Shown here: positions 7,612 through 17,751 of the stretch, one piece after another
How the letters are laid out: each line of letters begins with the position of its first letter
How positions within the stretch are numbered: position 1 is the stretch's first letter
Source: an uncultured Candidatus Poseidoniales archaeon
Lineage (GTDB): Archaea > Thermoplasmatota > Poseidoniia > Poseidoniales > Thalassarchaeaceae
NCBI GenBank assembly: GCA_902601345.1
Contig: CACKMK010000003.1
Coordinates: 23,902 to 87,901, forward strand
Length of the DNA: 64,000 nucleotides
Direction of reading: 5' to 3'
Notes under the pieces: generated by a model
What the model was told of the DNA's origin: nothing
What the model saw: only the letters and a program-made list of their open reading frames with translations
Database searches by the model: none
Made by a program: the position numbers and the translations under genes

Positions 7612-9732
7612 TTATTCTGAGTTCCTGTACCATGCAACTACCAATGCAGATATTCCGATCAGAACAGCTAGGATCAGTGATGTAGCGATTCCTGCTTGGT
7701 TCTTCACAGATACCTCCATTGGAATATCCCCATATGTCCCTGCCGAAGCGCTATCCCAGCTAAGGTATAGATCCTCGACGGTATCGTTCTGCATATCGAA
7801 CTGGAACTCTATCGTCGCCTGTCCGGGGCCTGATTCCAAAGTGGCTGCGAAGGGTTCTTCGGTCCATCTTCCACAGATATCTGACAGGCATACTCTAGCG
7901 AACGCAGGATCTGAACCGTCGTTTTGTACTAACACTGTGAGCATCACACTACTTCCAACCATAGCATCATCAGGAAGTGTCGCTTCGACCACTCTGATGT
8001 GAGCCCCGCTCCTGGGCTCAACAGTAATCGAGATTGGCTCTTCCCTGGTATTCCCCTTGGAGTCGGTTGCTTTCACAGTGATGTTATGAGTGCCCTTGGT
8101 GAGATATGAGAGGCTTATTGGTTCGAAGACTGACCAGTCTGGGCTACTTTGGAATATCTCTTCGCCATCTACCAATACGGACCAAGAAACGTCGCCTATT
8201 GAGTCCAAGTCATCGTAAGAGTGAGAGAGGTTGAGCTCTAGTTCATCCTTCTCATGTATTTTATCGTCGTACTCAATCTCTATTCCATTGGAGAATAATC
8301 GTGGAATTACTGTCGGGGGGTTTGCATCCAGAACCCTAACTGTCCATTCTGACAAGACCGTGTTTCCGGCATCGTCGGTAGCGACCAGTGCCATGAGGAT
8401 TTCAGATGGTGCCCTCTGCAAGTGCCTCTGATCTATTCCCAGATCGGCTCCATTGATACCCATTCCCTGGTTGGCGGTGAATTCGAAAGTTTGCTGATTC
8501 AAACCGGTTTGCCTCCATCCCTCTGATACGTTTGTGTACAACTCAAGCAGTACCGGTAGAGATGAGTCGTCAGATGCGTTGACTTCGAATCTAATCAGGC
8601 TCCCCGCCGGTGCAAGAATTGGCGTTTGGCTTCCATTTTCCACCACCTCCCCCTCGATTCCATCCACTGAGAATTTCCCACTCCAGTCTGGTGGGATTCC
8701 GTCAATGGTGGGATTGTCATTCCAATGCGATATCGCTCCGTGGAAGTCAATGCAGGTTGCGTTCACGCTCATAACATCGCCATGGGTGAAGTTTAGATCG
8801 CTGGGCTTGACCGATATCCAATCATTCTCGAATGAGGAAATTGTTGATCCGCTTCTGCTTATCCTCCACTCTATTCTCGGATTTTCCAGGGGGTTATCCG
8901 AGCAGGTTGCAGAGAACAAAGAGGGCTTTTCCAGCGAGATGGTAGAGGAAATTTGAGGGAAGCTTGACGCTGAAAGGATCGGAGGCATGTTACGGTCAAT
9001 TGTAATCCTGATGTCATAGGCAACTGGAGCCTGAGACCTGTCGACAAAGAATTCTCCTGGGCTACCTGTGATTATGTCCGACATTGGGCTAAACTTGAAC
9101 TCCCAGTCCTCAGGAAGAGAGACTCTCAGAGGAACTTCCTCAATCAGAGCGCCTACTCTTGGGAGGTCGATTAATCGTAGAGTCCTACCATCAGAAGTAC
9201 CAATCAGATTTCCACTCTCGGTCCATCCCCATTCCCCGCCAGTTCTGTTTGTAGGTCCGATTTCCGGAGGATTGACAGATACGTCAATGGATCCAACGAC
9301 TGACATGGAAGAATAGTCGAATGCACAACAGCCACCTGAAAATGAGTCTGTCCAGTTTCTGGAGGAGACTACCAGTTCAGAGAAAGAGTTGGTTTCCGAT
9401 TCGTCTAACCACCCGTCCGAGTTACCTAGGATCTGATCTATCTGGTCCAAGAGCCCGATCGATCTGTTCTCCAGAAGATCGGTTCCATAACTCTCGAGAA
9501 CGGATACCTGTGCGAACCAGGTCGCATTAACTTCAGAGCTGGGTGAGATCGAATTGGTGAAATTAAGGAACGAATGCCCTTGAATAGTCTGATTACCATT
9601 TGAATCTGAGAAAATTGAATCCGATTCAAATTCCTCCAGTGAGTCATGAGATGTCGTAATTTGAGAAATCACGAGAAGAGTGGGGATGAGGAGAGTTGCT
9701 AGAAACTCTGATTTTCTTTTTTGGGATGTCAT
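7612..9732 (-). CDS. secreted, membrane-anchored cell-surface protein with PKD/Ig-like repeats
   Basis: N-terminal signal-like segment KSEFLATLLIPTLLVISQI. Beta-rich repeats include VKATDSKGNTREEPISITVEP. There are many NxS/T sequons and a C-terminal TM anchor GIATSLILAVLIGISALVVAWYRNSE. Confidence 0.75.
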   Translation of the reverse strand: MTSQKRKSEFLATLLIPTLLVISQITTSHDSLEEFESDSIFSDSNGNQTIQGHSFLNFTNSISPSSEVNATWFAQVSVLESYGTDLLENRSIGLLDQIDQILGNSDGWLDESETNSFSELVVSSRNWTDSFSGGCCAFDYSSMSVVGSIDVSVNPPEIGPTNRTGGEWGWTESGNLIGTSDGRTLRLIDLPRVGALIEEVPLRVSLPEDWEFKFSPMSDIITGSPGEFFVDRSQAPVAYDIRITIDRNMPPILSASSFPQISSTISLEKPSLFSATCSDNPLENPRIEWRISRSGSTISSFENDWISVKPSDLNFTHGDVMSVNATCIDFHGAISHWNDNPTIDGIPPDWSGKFSVDGIEGEVVENGSQTPILAPAGSLIRFEVNASDDSSLPVLLELYTNVSEGWRQTGLNQQTFEFTANQGMGINGADLGIDQRHLQRAPSEILMALVATDDAGNTVLSEWTVRVLDANPPTVIPRLFSNGIEIEYDDKIHEKDELELNLSHSYDDLDSIGDVSWSVLVDGEEIFQSSPDWSVFEPISLSYLTKGTHNITVKATDSKGNTREEPISITVEPRSGAHIRVVEATLPDDAMVGSSVMLTVLVQNDGSDPAFARVCLSDICGRWTEEPFAATLESGPGQATIEFQFDMQNDTVEDLYLSWDSASAGTYGDIPMEVSVKNQAGIATSLILAVLIGISALVVAWYRNSE

Positions 9733-9745
9733 CTTGGCACCTCAC

Positions 9746-10747
9746 TCAAGTTCCAAAGATTATACTGGAGCCAGAAAAATCAATTTCCAAGGGGAACATC
9801 CGATGGCCTTCCCCTAGTTCCCTTTGTAGAATGCCTCGGAGCTGCCGATTTCCACATACCAAGAGGAAGCCCCCATTTCCAGCTCCTAGAAGCTTGGCCC
9901 CTAGTGCCCCGGAAGAGATCACTGTCTCGTACAAATCATCGATTTGAGTATTGGTAACCATTGAGGAGACTCCTCTCTTAGATATCCATGTCTGATTTAG
10001 AATGGCCCCTAGTGAATCTAGATCTCCGTGCTCGATATGAGAAGCTGCCTCATCGGCATGCTTCCTAATTTCCCTCATCCTGCTATTCTTGTCGGACTCG
10101 TCATCAGATTGCTCAGACAAGACCTTGCTAGCACTCCTAGTCAATCCTGTGAAGACAAGAGTGAAATTCTCGGAGAATTTCTTGGCCAATCCTTCTGAAA
10201 TCTCAATAGGTTCAACTTGGACTCCATTTTCTCTAAACCTGATTGAGTTGACTCCTCCGAAAGAGGCTGCATACTGGTCCTGTCTGCCAATCGGAGCACC
10301 CAAGATGTCTATCTCGATCTGGCATGCCTCTTCAGCGAGCTGTTCCTTGGAAACCTCCCTTCCCTGGAAGGAATGCATCGCGTTCAGTAGACCTACGGTG
10401 ACCGAAGAGGAGGACCCGAGCCCAGTTCCCTGTCCTGGTATGTCGGCAATCGTGGTAATCTCGACGCCCGACTCTATTCCAGTTAGTCTCAATGCCTCCC
10501 TAACCAGGCCGTGTTGAATATTTTCTATAGAGCCTACATCCTCCATGGTTGAGTAAGAGACTCGAATCCGATCATCGAATCTCCTGTTTATGGTAACATA
10601 CACGTATCTGGACAGTGCAGCTGAAACTACCCTCCCCCCCTTTGGTTCCGACATCGAGAAGTCATCGATATCCGTTCCACCTCCACAGAACGAAACTCTG
10701 AGAGGGGTTCGGCTGATTATCATCGAAACTTCGGGGCAGATTGTCAC
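9746..10747 (-). CDS. GHMP-family sugar kinase (COG2605-like, heptose/fucose-phosphate kinase type)
   Basis: N-terminal SRTPLRVSFCGGGTD and GHMP motif II GQGTGLGSSSSVTVGLLNAMH. ATG at 10723 is an alternative start. Confidence 0.8.
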   Translation of the reverse strand: MTICPEVSMIISRTPLRVSFCGGGTDIDDFSMSEPKGGRVVSAALSRYVYVTINRRFDDRIRVSYSTMEDVGSIENIQHGLVREALRLTGIESGVEITTIADIPGQGTGLGSSSSVTVGLLNAMHSFQGREVSKEQLAEEACQIEIDILGAPIGRQDQYAASFGGVNSIRFRENGVQVEPIEISEGLAKKFSENFTLVFTGLTRSASKVLSEQSDDESDKNSRMREIRKHADEAASHIEHGDLDSLGAILNQTWISKRGVSSMVTNTQIDDLYETVISSGALGAKLLGAGNGGFLLVCGNRQLRGILQRELGEGHRMFPLEIDFSGSSIIFGT

Positions 10748-10834
10748 ACATCAAGACGCCGGTTTGAAGTAATTGAGGATTTGATGCAATGACAAGGCAT
10801 ATGAGACGACTGCTACCGCAAGAGTCAGAGAACA

Positions 10835-11764
10835 ATGGGCGACATAGTCACTATGGACGACCTATCCAACCAAGATATCGTTGCCGTTCTGGATGATGCC
10901 GAGAGACTAATTCCGGTTGCTAGAGGCGATGTTTACCTCCCCCTCCTACAGGGAAAGGTGCTGGCAAATATGTTCTTCGAAAACTCAACTAGGACCAGAA
11001 TGTCATTTGAGACTGCCATGAAGAGGCTCGGTGGTTCTGTCCTAAACTTCACTTCTATAGGCACATCAGTAGCGAAGGGTGAGACCCTCTATGACACCAT
11101 GCAGATGATTGATGGGTATGCTGATGTGGCCGCGATCAGACATCCAAGACAAGGGGCAGCACAATACAGCGCAGATGCAGTGGAAATTCCTATTCTGAAT
11201 GCTGGTGATGGTGCTGGAAATCACCCCACTCAGACTATGCTTGATCTCTTCACTATCAGACAGGCACATGGCACTCTAGAAGGACTTAATGTGGTCCTTG
11301 TCGGAGATTTGAGATATGGTAGAACGGTTCACAGCCTTTCCCATGCATTAGTTAGGTTCGGAGCCAAACTTACTCTGGTATCACCATCAACGCTGAAAAT
11401 GCCAGTCGAGATAGTTTCGGATCTCAGAGAACATGGTTCAGAAATCATGGAGACAGAGTCATTGGAGGACCAAATCGCAGGAGCTGATGTAATCTACGTA
11501 ACTAGGATCCAGAAGGAGAGGTTCCCTGATGAGGACGAATACGCCAAGGTAGCTGGCATATACAAAATCGAAGCATCGGACCTTTCCGGTGCCATGAAGG
11601 GGATGATTATCATGCACCCTCTACCGAGGGTGGACGAGATAGACCCAAGCGTGGACTCCACCGAATTTGCTAGATACTTTGAGCAGGCTTTCAATGGCGT
11701 CCCCACTAGGATGGCCCTGCTATGCAGAAGTCTAGGAATAGATGTGCCCAAGAAGGTGGATTGA
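10835..11764 (+). CDS. pyrB: aspartate carbamoyltransferase catalytic subunit
   Basis: Motifs FFENSTRTRMSFE and HPLPRVDEI, with a length of 309 aa. Confidence 0.95.
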   Translation: MGDIVTMDDLSNQDIVAVLDDAERLIPVARGDVYLPLLQGKVLANMFFENSTRTRMSFETAMKRLGGSVLNFTSIGTSVAKGETLYDTMQMIDGYADVAAIRHPRQGAAQYSADAVEIPILNAGDGAGNHPTQTMLDLFTIRQAHGTLEGLNVVLVGDLRYGRTVHSLSHALVRFGAKLTLVSPSTLKMPVEIVSDLREHGSEIMETESLEDQIAGADVIYVTRIQKERFPDEDEYAKVAGIYKIEASDLSGAMKGMIIMHPLPRVDEIDPSVDSTEFARYFEQAFNGVPTRMALLCRSLGIDVPKKVD

Positions 11765-12231
11765 TGAGTGAGATGAGGAGGGTAACCGCAATTCGAAACG
11801 GCACAGTAGTGGACCACATTCCCTCTGGAAACGCAATGCAGGTAATCAGGATTCTGAGGATAGATACTGACAGGGCTACTCCGGTCTCACTGGTGATGAA
11901 TGTCCCCAGTGATAAATTGGGAAGGAAGGACGTCCTAAAAATCGAGGACAGGGAGCTAGACCAAGAGGACTTGGACAGGCTTGCTCTGATAGCACCTGCT
12001 GCCAGTATAGCGATAATCAGAAATCATGCTGTTGCTGAGAAGATGAAGGTAGAGCTGGCTGATGACCTAGTAAATATTGCAAAGTGCTCCTTTTGGAACT
12101 GTATCACGAAGAACGACCGAGAACCATTGCCACAAAGGATGCGCGTGACATCGAGGGACCCATTGCAGGTCAGGTGCTATTACTGTGGACGCGGGCAAGA
12201 AATCGATGAGTTGATCGAAAATATCCTCTAA
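11764..12231 (+). CDS. pyrI: aspartate carbamoyltransferase regulatory subunit
   Basis: Starts MSEMRRVTAIRNGTVVDHIP, with the ATG sharing one base with the pyrB TGA. The C-terminal zinc domain reads C-x4-C ... CYYCG. The 11722 start in the ORF track overlaps pyrB and is unlikely. Confidence 0.9.
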   Translation: MSEMRRVTAIRNGTVVDHIPSGNAMQVIRILRIDTDRATPVSLVMNVPSDKLGRKDVLKIEDRELDQEDLDRLALIAPAASIAIIRNHAVAEKMKVELADDLVNIAKCSFWNCITKNDREPLPQRMRVTSRDPLQVRCYYCGRGQEIDELIENIL

Positions 12232-12242
12232 GTAAATCTGTA

Positions 12243-13244
12243 TCAGGAGGCCTCAGATAGCCAGTTCCTCATCGTGCATGACTGGCAGACCTCTCGACTG
12301 GTAATCTCACCACATTCCTTGCAATTTTTTACATCCTGAGTAAGGTCTGGATTCGCCATCAAATGCATCTCTCTTATTCTATCAAGTGAGTGGAGAAGGC
12401 CGTGTCTTGCTCCAGGAGTCAGTGACTCAAGGCTAGCAACAACTGACCTACTCTGCTGACGCATAGCTCCAGAGGCATGAGGACAGTCTCCATGGTGAAT
12501 GGGGAGCCCCGCAAACAAAGCATGAGCGTGGATTTCTTGCTCAGGTATCCATCGAAGGGGGACAATCCTAGGAATCAATCCATCAATCTTGGAATGGGTA
12601 TGCGGAGCCAGCCTGACTGACCTTTCAATCTCACCCTTTTGGAGGTTCATAAGAATGGACTGAGCCATATCATCCAGATTGTGACCTAATGCCATGACAT
12701 CGGCACCCACTCTCTCAGCCAGTGCATTCAGTCCCTGCCTGCGGAAGACCCCGCAGTATGAACATGGCATGAGTCCCTTTGCCTCAACGTGACTCTCTCC
12801 CATTGCAGGCATGAGTTTGACCACCTCGTCCATTCTTCCATACCCCATCTCCTCGTAGCTAAGTGTCTCGAATCTAACGGAAAGTGAGTCGGCCAGTTCT
12901 CTCGCAAATTCCATAGATGGAGCGCGATATCCAGCGATTCCTTCGTCAACGCAACCCGCCACCAATTCCACATCCCTTCGGCCTCCGATTATGTCAGCCA
13001 TCATCGAAAGTAGGACTGCTGAGTCCTTCCCGCCTGAAATAGCTATCAGGATGATGAAGGGTGATCCATCTTCCTTGGTAGCGTTCTTTGGGAGTGTCAG
13101 CTGTGCCCTCAGTTCCCTCGAGGTTCTCTTTCGAATTGAGGAAGAAAGGTGCCTCCCGCACAGATGTTGGCCACTGTACTCCTGGAAGACAATAGCATCG
13201 GAGCGACATCTGCTGCAAGTTTGAACCTCGATGGCTCCTGTCAT
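12243..13244 (-). CDS. PP-loop ATPase, tRNA 2-thiolation protein (NcsA/TtuA/Ctu1 family)
   Basis: PP-loop SGGKDSAVLL, flanked by an N-terminal CSRC...C zinc finger and a C-terminal CKECG...CQSC zinc finger. I chose the ATG at 13244 (MTGAIEVQTCSRC) over the longer 13382 start, whose extension is Cys/Pro/Arg-rich and looks non-native. Confidence 0.8.
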   Translation of the reverse strand: MTGAIEVQTCSRCRSDAIVFQEYSGQHLCGRHLSSSIRKRTSRELRAQLTLPKNATKEDGSPFIILIAISGGKDSAVLLSMMADIIGGRRDVELVAGCVDEGIAGYRAPSMEFARELADSLSVRFETLSYEEMGYGRMDEVVKLMPAMGESHVEAKGLMPCSYCGVFRRQGLNALAERVGADVMALGHNLDDMAQSILMNLQKGEIERSVRLAPHTHSKIDGLIPRIVPLRWIPEQEIHAHALFAGLPIHHGDCPHASGAMRQQSRSVVASLESLTPGARHGLLHSLDRIREMHLMANPDLTQDVKNCKECGEITSREVCQSCTMRNWLSEAS

Positions 13245-13560
13245 GTAGCTTCGTCGGGCAGCATAGGCTTCAAACCATCCTCCGGTGATTTGATTCGTTG
13301 AATATCCACCGGAAGGACATGGGCGGTTCTGAAATCCTACCGGACAGGAGCGAGATTGGAGACAAGAGTTTCTCCCCCACAATTGACAGGTTTTCGCTGT
13401 TTGTCCTGTCAGTTTTAGGGATACTCGCCTTTCCAGAAATAGAAGAGGCTCTAGAGCCGAGTATGGGTGCTATCTCTAGCTTGGCGACTGTCTGTGGCCT
13501 GGTTACAGTGATTCCTATAATCGCGACGTCTATCGGAAAGATGTACGTTAGGATCCGGGC

Positions 13561-14805
13561 CTAGTTAGAGCGTAGCCTCGAAATTCCCGATTCCACGTAG
13601 CCGGAAACAATCTGCCACGGGACCACGAATCTTAGTCCGGCGACTGCTATGATGAAGAGGCCTGCAGAGATTACTTTGCCGTATGTCATCTGAAGTTCAA
13701 GCGATTCCTTTACCTGACCAGTCCACTGTGTACCCTCCAGTATTCCAACGATAGATATCATCAGGTCATCGAATGCCAAAGCGAGAGCCGTGGTAACCCC
13801 TACCAAGGATACGACCACTAGAAGTTGTATTAGATGGGAGTTGACCACGTTATTGAACTGCCTGATGTACTCCGGATCTCTCTTGGACTCCTCAGGGAGA
13901 GAGGCTGCGTATTCCATGTGAGATATGGCAGCAGACCCAGACTCCAAGAAGAGAAGCATCAGTATGGCCACCCCAAGCAGGGAGCTTGCAAGCGGGGAAA
14001 CTAGGCCACCGAACATAGAGCCCTCGCCTATCTGGGTTGGAAGCGCACGTAGTCCTACGTCAACCTCAGAGACTATGGGTTCGAAGGTAAGGACAGCATG
14101 GAATGCGATTACGATGATGTAGTATCCTACGACCCAGGTAATCGATCTCTTCGAAAGACCCCATATCCCGATTAGTCCTACCAAGACTGGTGCGAATACA
14201 ATTCCTAGAAACACGAGTTCTCCCATTAGTCCCAATGGATGGAACAGTTCCCCTATGTGATTCATTGATTCGTTGCTGTTCCAGGGGAAGTGGAAGCCAT
14301 TGGAGAAGGTCGCGAAAATCCAAGAGAATAGGAATGGCAGGATTACCCAGGCGCCCAACAATGCCGCAGCCACCTGCTTGATTCTGTTCTGCAGCTCCTG
14401 TGAGGATGACCAGAATCTTTCTATCGCGAAAGTTGCGAATAGGCACAAGACCAAGGGGCCTATCATGGACATTGTGCCTGTCTGCCCCACACCTAGGAGG
14501 AAATCCGGTATCAGGAGTCCATTGGCGTTTTCCATCCACATTAGACCCCTAGTGTGCTCGTATGAGGGGCACCACGTATCCGCGTTATTGTTCAGAATGA
14601 AATCATCGCTACAAGGGCCATAGATATCGCTCATCCTCTTCAGCAAGAGCAAAAGCGAAACTGTTGCGGTTATCTGTAGGACTAGGATCTGCCATTTCTT
14701 TCTCAGTACAGGAATATGCAGGGTCTCAGTTATTTCCTCCTTCTTCTCAGATAATTCCAATTTCTCACCCCCTCGACTGTACCAGAGCCTGCGATAGCTC
14801 GACAT
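13561..14805 (-). CDS. polytopic integral membrane protein, hypothetical
   Basis: 414 aa with about 8 or more hydrophobic spans. It overlaps the preceding DUF58 gene by 41 nt, suggesting co-transcription. No recognisable motif. Confidence 0.6.
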   Translation of the reverse strand: MSSYRRLWYSRGGEKLELSEKKEEITETLHIPVLRKKWQILVLQITATVSLLLLLKRMSDIYGPCSDDFILNNNADTWCPSYEHTRGLMWMENANGLLIPDFLLGVGQTGTMSMIGPLVLCLFATFAIERFWSSSQELQNRIKQVAAALLGAWVILPFLFSWIFATFSNGFHFPWNSNESMNHIGELFHPLGLMGELVFLGIVFAPVLVGLIGIWGLSKRSITWVVGYYIIVIAFHAVLTFEPIVSEVDVGLRALPTQIGEGSMFGGLVSPLASSLLGVAILMLLFLESGSAAISHMEYAASLPEESKRDPEYIRQFNNVVNSHLIQLLVVVSLVGVTTALALAFDDLMISIVGILEGTQWTGQVKESLELQMTYGKVISAGLFIIAVAGLRFVVPWQIVSGYVESGISRLRSN

Positions 14806-16015
14806 CGGGCATCCAATCTACGACTTTGGCCCCGTATCCCGATACGGCAGTCAATCGATTCTGTCTCTCCAACTTGAGGACCTCGTAGGCCATTCGGGGG
14901 ATGCGACTGACTAGTCTCTCTAGGTCAACGCTACTGGGTGACAGGATGATGACCTCGTGTCCGTTTCCAGATAGGTTCCTGATTGCAGGAAGAGTGGTAC
15001 CATCGCCCTCTAGACTGCTGATTATGAAGACGGGGGAGCCGCGACTGATTCTCGGAGAAAGTGCATTTGTTACCGCCTGGAGAGGCATGGATCCGGATGG
15101 GGAAACAGAAGCCAGGCGACTTAGGATCTTGTACTGCTGCTTGTCGCCACTATCAGGCGGTAGGAAGTCCATCCTACTTCCATAGGTCACCATCGCAACG
15201 GAGTCCTTCCTCTTCAGGAAGTGGCTAGCTAGAGATGCCGCTGCTGATGCGCCCATCTCGAGGGGGTTCTTCAGGACGGTCCCGATTCTACTGACCTCTC
15301 TTGTGTCGAGAATTACGAAGACATCAGTAACTGCATCCCTAGTCTTCTGATTTACCATCATTTCACCGGTTCTTGCGAACGCCTTCCAATTTATTGATCG
15401 TATCGGATCGGTGGAGAGGTACTCCCTAAGCGAGTAGAACTCCATCCCGGGCCCGGGAGTCCTGAGTGTGGTGGCTCCCGTGTACATCTTCGGTACGTCT
15501 GCTCTCAGCATTGCGTCCTCCACGTCCCTGACCTGTGGGAAGACGGTGATGTCGCACAGATCCTCTATCTTCGACTCGTTCACGAATAAACCGAAGGCAT
15601 TGCGGTGCCTTACAGAGATAGGTCCTATCGAGAAATGCCCCCTAAGCGGGCACCTCAGCATGTAATCTAGTTTGGTTGACTGCCCCGGACCTAGGTTTAT
15701 CCTAATCTGGTTGATACCGCGTCTTATCTTCATCTCATGGGGCACGTTGTCGAAGATCTCCAGTAGCTGTGTTCTCCTGTAGGACTTGTTCGTGATTGTT
15801 AGCGAAACCTCAATCAGGTCTCCCTTGTATACATTCGAATGAGGCACGAATCGTGTTATCTCTAGTTCAGACTGACCTACTATCCACCCATTTAGAGATA
15901 TGAAAGCGATGAAGGTTAGACCGATTATCATCATCTGGAAATTGGAAATCATCATTCCAACCAAGATTAGGCTTACACCTCCTGCTAGCATGATTGCTGC
16001 TTTCCTAGTCCACAA
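14765..16015 (-). CDS. DUF58 domain protein (MoxR-associated family)
   Basis: Two N-terminal TM spans and the DUF58 signature region FYSLREYLSTDPIRSINWKAFARTGEMMV. Size is typical of archaeal DUF58 proteins. Confidence 0.75.
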   Translation of the reverse strand: MWTRKAAIMLAGGVSLILVGMMISNFQMMIIGLTFIAFISLNGWIVGQSELEITRFVPHSNVYKGDLIEVSLTITNKSYRRTQLLEIFDNVPHEMKIRRGINQIRINLGPGQSTKLDYMLRCPLRGHFSIGPISVRHRNAFGLFVNESKIEDLCDITVFPQVRDVEDAMLRADVPKMYTGATTLRTPGPGMEFYSLREYLSTDPIRSINWKAFARTGEMMVNQKTRDAVTDVFVILDTREVSRIGTVLKNPLEMGASAAASLASHFLKRKDSVAMVTYGSRMDFLPPDSGDKQQYKILSRLASVSPSGSMPLQAVTNALSPRISRGSPVFIISSLEGDGTTLPAIRNLSGNGHEVIILSPSSVDLERLVSRIPRMAYEVLKLERQNRLTAVSGYGAKVVDWMPDVELSQALVQSRG

Positions 16016-17669
16016 CTTTCGTCACACCCCCGGATTCTCCCCATTGTTTTATTCTCCTAACAATACCAACCAGTTCATCTGGCCTGTAGTTCCTCTCCTC
16101 GAAAAGGAAGCGAACAAGAACGGGATCACGGATCATTCCCTGGAGTTCAGAGGCCGGCAGCGCATCAAACTCCTCCATTGTTAGGGCATTGAGATTCCTT
16201 ACCCTAGTGAGTAGAACTTGTCTGATTTTCTCTGGCCTCTGGTAGTACTTGTATCTCTCAGCATCTCCGAATCCATAGTAAACAACCCTGAAGACGTGCC
16301 TCCAGTCCTCTGGGTCCTCTTTCCTAATAAGCACAGCCTCTAGGAGAATGAACAGGAAAAGGAATAGTATCAGCATGGCCATCCAATCATTAGTGAAGTA
16401 GATCAGAAGGTAGTAGACTAAGTTGTACGTGTCACCGAATATTGTGGGCTGTTGGTGCCTGCTCTCGTCGAAGATAACTAATGCGTGTTCTCCCGGAGAA
16501 GTTCCATTATCGTTCAGTATCAGAGCCTCTGCCACTACATCAAGAATCCATTTCCTATTGTCGTTTTCTGGCACCATACCGGAGTATATCGAAGCGAATT
16601 CGGGATCATATAATGAGTTAATCAGAACTGATCCGTCAGATATGAAATGGACTCTGCCGGTCTCCGAACCTCGGCAAAGAATAGCCTCGCAATATCTGAC
16701 ATAGACTGGGAACGGGCCCTGCTCGTCCCCTACAAGACCGAACGCAGCAAAGGAGCCAACGGAGTAGTTGCCGTCTCCATTATTGTCTATCCACGAGTCC
16801 TGAGTGGTTTTCGAGATAACATAACGTCTCTCTGCAGGATTGTATGAGGTGGTCTTCTCGAATGCCGATGGTGTGTTGGTGAGTATGCTGTAATCCTGTG
16901 ACCAATCCCATCTGGGTTGATTTGTTGCTGGATCTGTGCCTTGGAATCGATGCGCACAGAGACCGGAGTCCTGGATAGTTACGAATAGTGCTCCGATTTC
17001 TGGGTCACTGGGATCCTCATCAAGAACGTCGACAACCCCATCTCTATCGACATCTCTGATACATGGATTAACCGTGGTCTGAGTTCCTTGTGACGAAGTG
17101 AAGTTGAATGCTGAGGTGGTATTTACCCATACGAAATCAGAACCAAGGTCATTGTCGTAGCTATAGTCCGCAAACAAGCGATGGTTGGTGAATTGGAGAC
17201 CAAACTCCGAGGCAAGGTTACTCGAATATCCAAAGTCGTCCATGAGAATCAGCGTACCACCCCTCGAGACAAATTCTCTGATTGCAACAATCTCTGAAGA
17301 AGTATATCCATCTCCCTCAGAAAATTGTATCAGATCATCTTCGCCGGTGAAGCGTGGTAGAGAAATTGTATCCCTCTCCACACCGGATATCACAAAGATG
17401 GTCTGCTCGGGATGATCAATGTCACTCAAAAGCAGCGGACTGGATACCAGTGCTGTTGTCTCCACTCCCTTGTTGTTCAGTTCCTCACGAAATGAGCCAA
17501 GATCGTTCCACTCGTCCCCATATGCGGATTGTTGAGTCTGTCCAGGGACTACATAAGTGATCGCGATTGATATGATTAGAAGAAGGAGCACTGCCCAGAA
17601 GGAGGCTTGTAAGGCGATCCTCTTGTTCCTTCGGGTATTGAGAAAACCGCCTATCCTTCTCCAATCCAC
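16005..17669 (-). CDS. DUF4350-like membrane-anchored extracytoplasmic protein
   Basis: N-terminal TM span. A GGTLILMDDFGYSSNLASEFGL block resembles the DUF4350/GldG-like fold. There is an Asp-rich Ca-binding-like insert DVDRDGVVDVLDEDPSDPE and a late TM segment followed by a short cytoplasmic tail. Overlaps the DUF58 gene by 11 nt. Confidence 0.6.
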   Translation of the reverse strand: MDWRRIGGFLNTRRNKRIALQASFWAVLLLLIISIAITYVVPGQTQQSAYGDEWNDLGSFREELNNKGVETTALVSSPLLLSDIDHPEQTIFVISGVERDTISLPRFTGEDDLIQFSEGDGYTSSEIVAIREFVSRGGTLILMDDFGYSSNLASEFGLQFTNHRLFADYSYDNDLGSDFVWVNTTSAFNFTSSQGTQTTVNPCIRDVDRDGVVDVLDEDPSDPEIGALFVTIQDSGLCAHRFQGTDPATNQPRWDWSQDYSILTNTPSAFEKTTSYNPAERRYVISKTTQDSWIDNNGDGNYSVGSFAAFGLVGDEQGPFPVYVRYCEAILCRGSETGRVHFISDGSVLINSLYDPEFASIYSGMVPENDNRKWILDVVAEALILNDNGTSPGEHALVIFDESRHQQPTIFGDTYNLVYYLLIYFTNDWMAMLILFLFLFILLEAVLIRKEDPEDWRHVFRVVYYGFGDAERYKYYQRPEKIRQVLLTRVRNLNALTMEEFDALPASELQGMIRDPVLVRFLFEERNYRPDELVGIVRRIKQWGESGGVTKVVD

Positions 17670-17751
17670 CGTCCGGCCACCTCAACTATGATTGTTGAGC
17701 CTGAAGAACGTTTTATGACCGTTATGTGACCATGAACAATGCTGCATCGAC

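Noticed and set aside
11722-11763. Upstream start for pyrI proposed by the ORF track
   Set aside because: It would overlap 43 nt of pyrB. The ATG at 11764 gives the canonical PyrI N-terminus and the usual stop/start overlap.
13245-13382. N-terminal 46-aa extension of the PP-loop tRNA thiolase ORF
   Set aside because: The extension is Cys/Pro/Arg/Gly-rich with no family counterpart. The internal ATG at 13244 is immediately followed by the conserved N-terminal zinc finger.
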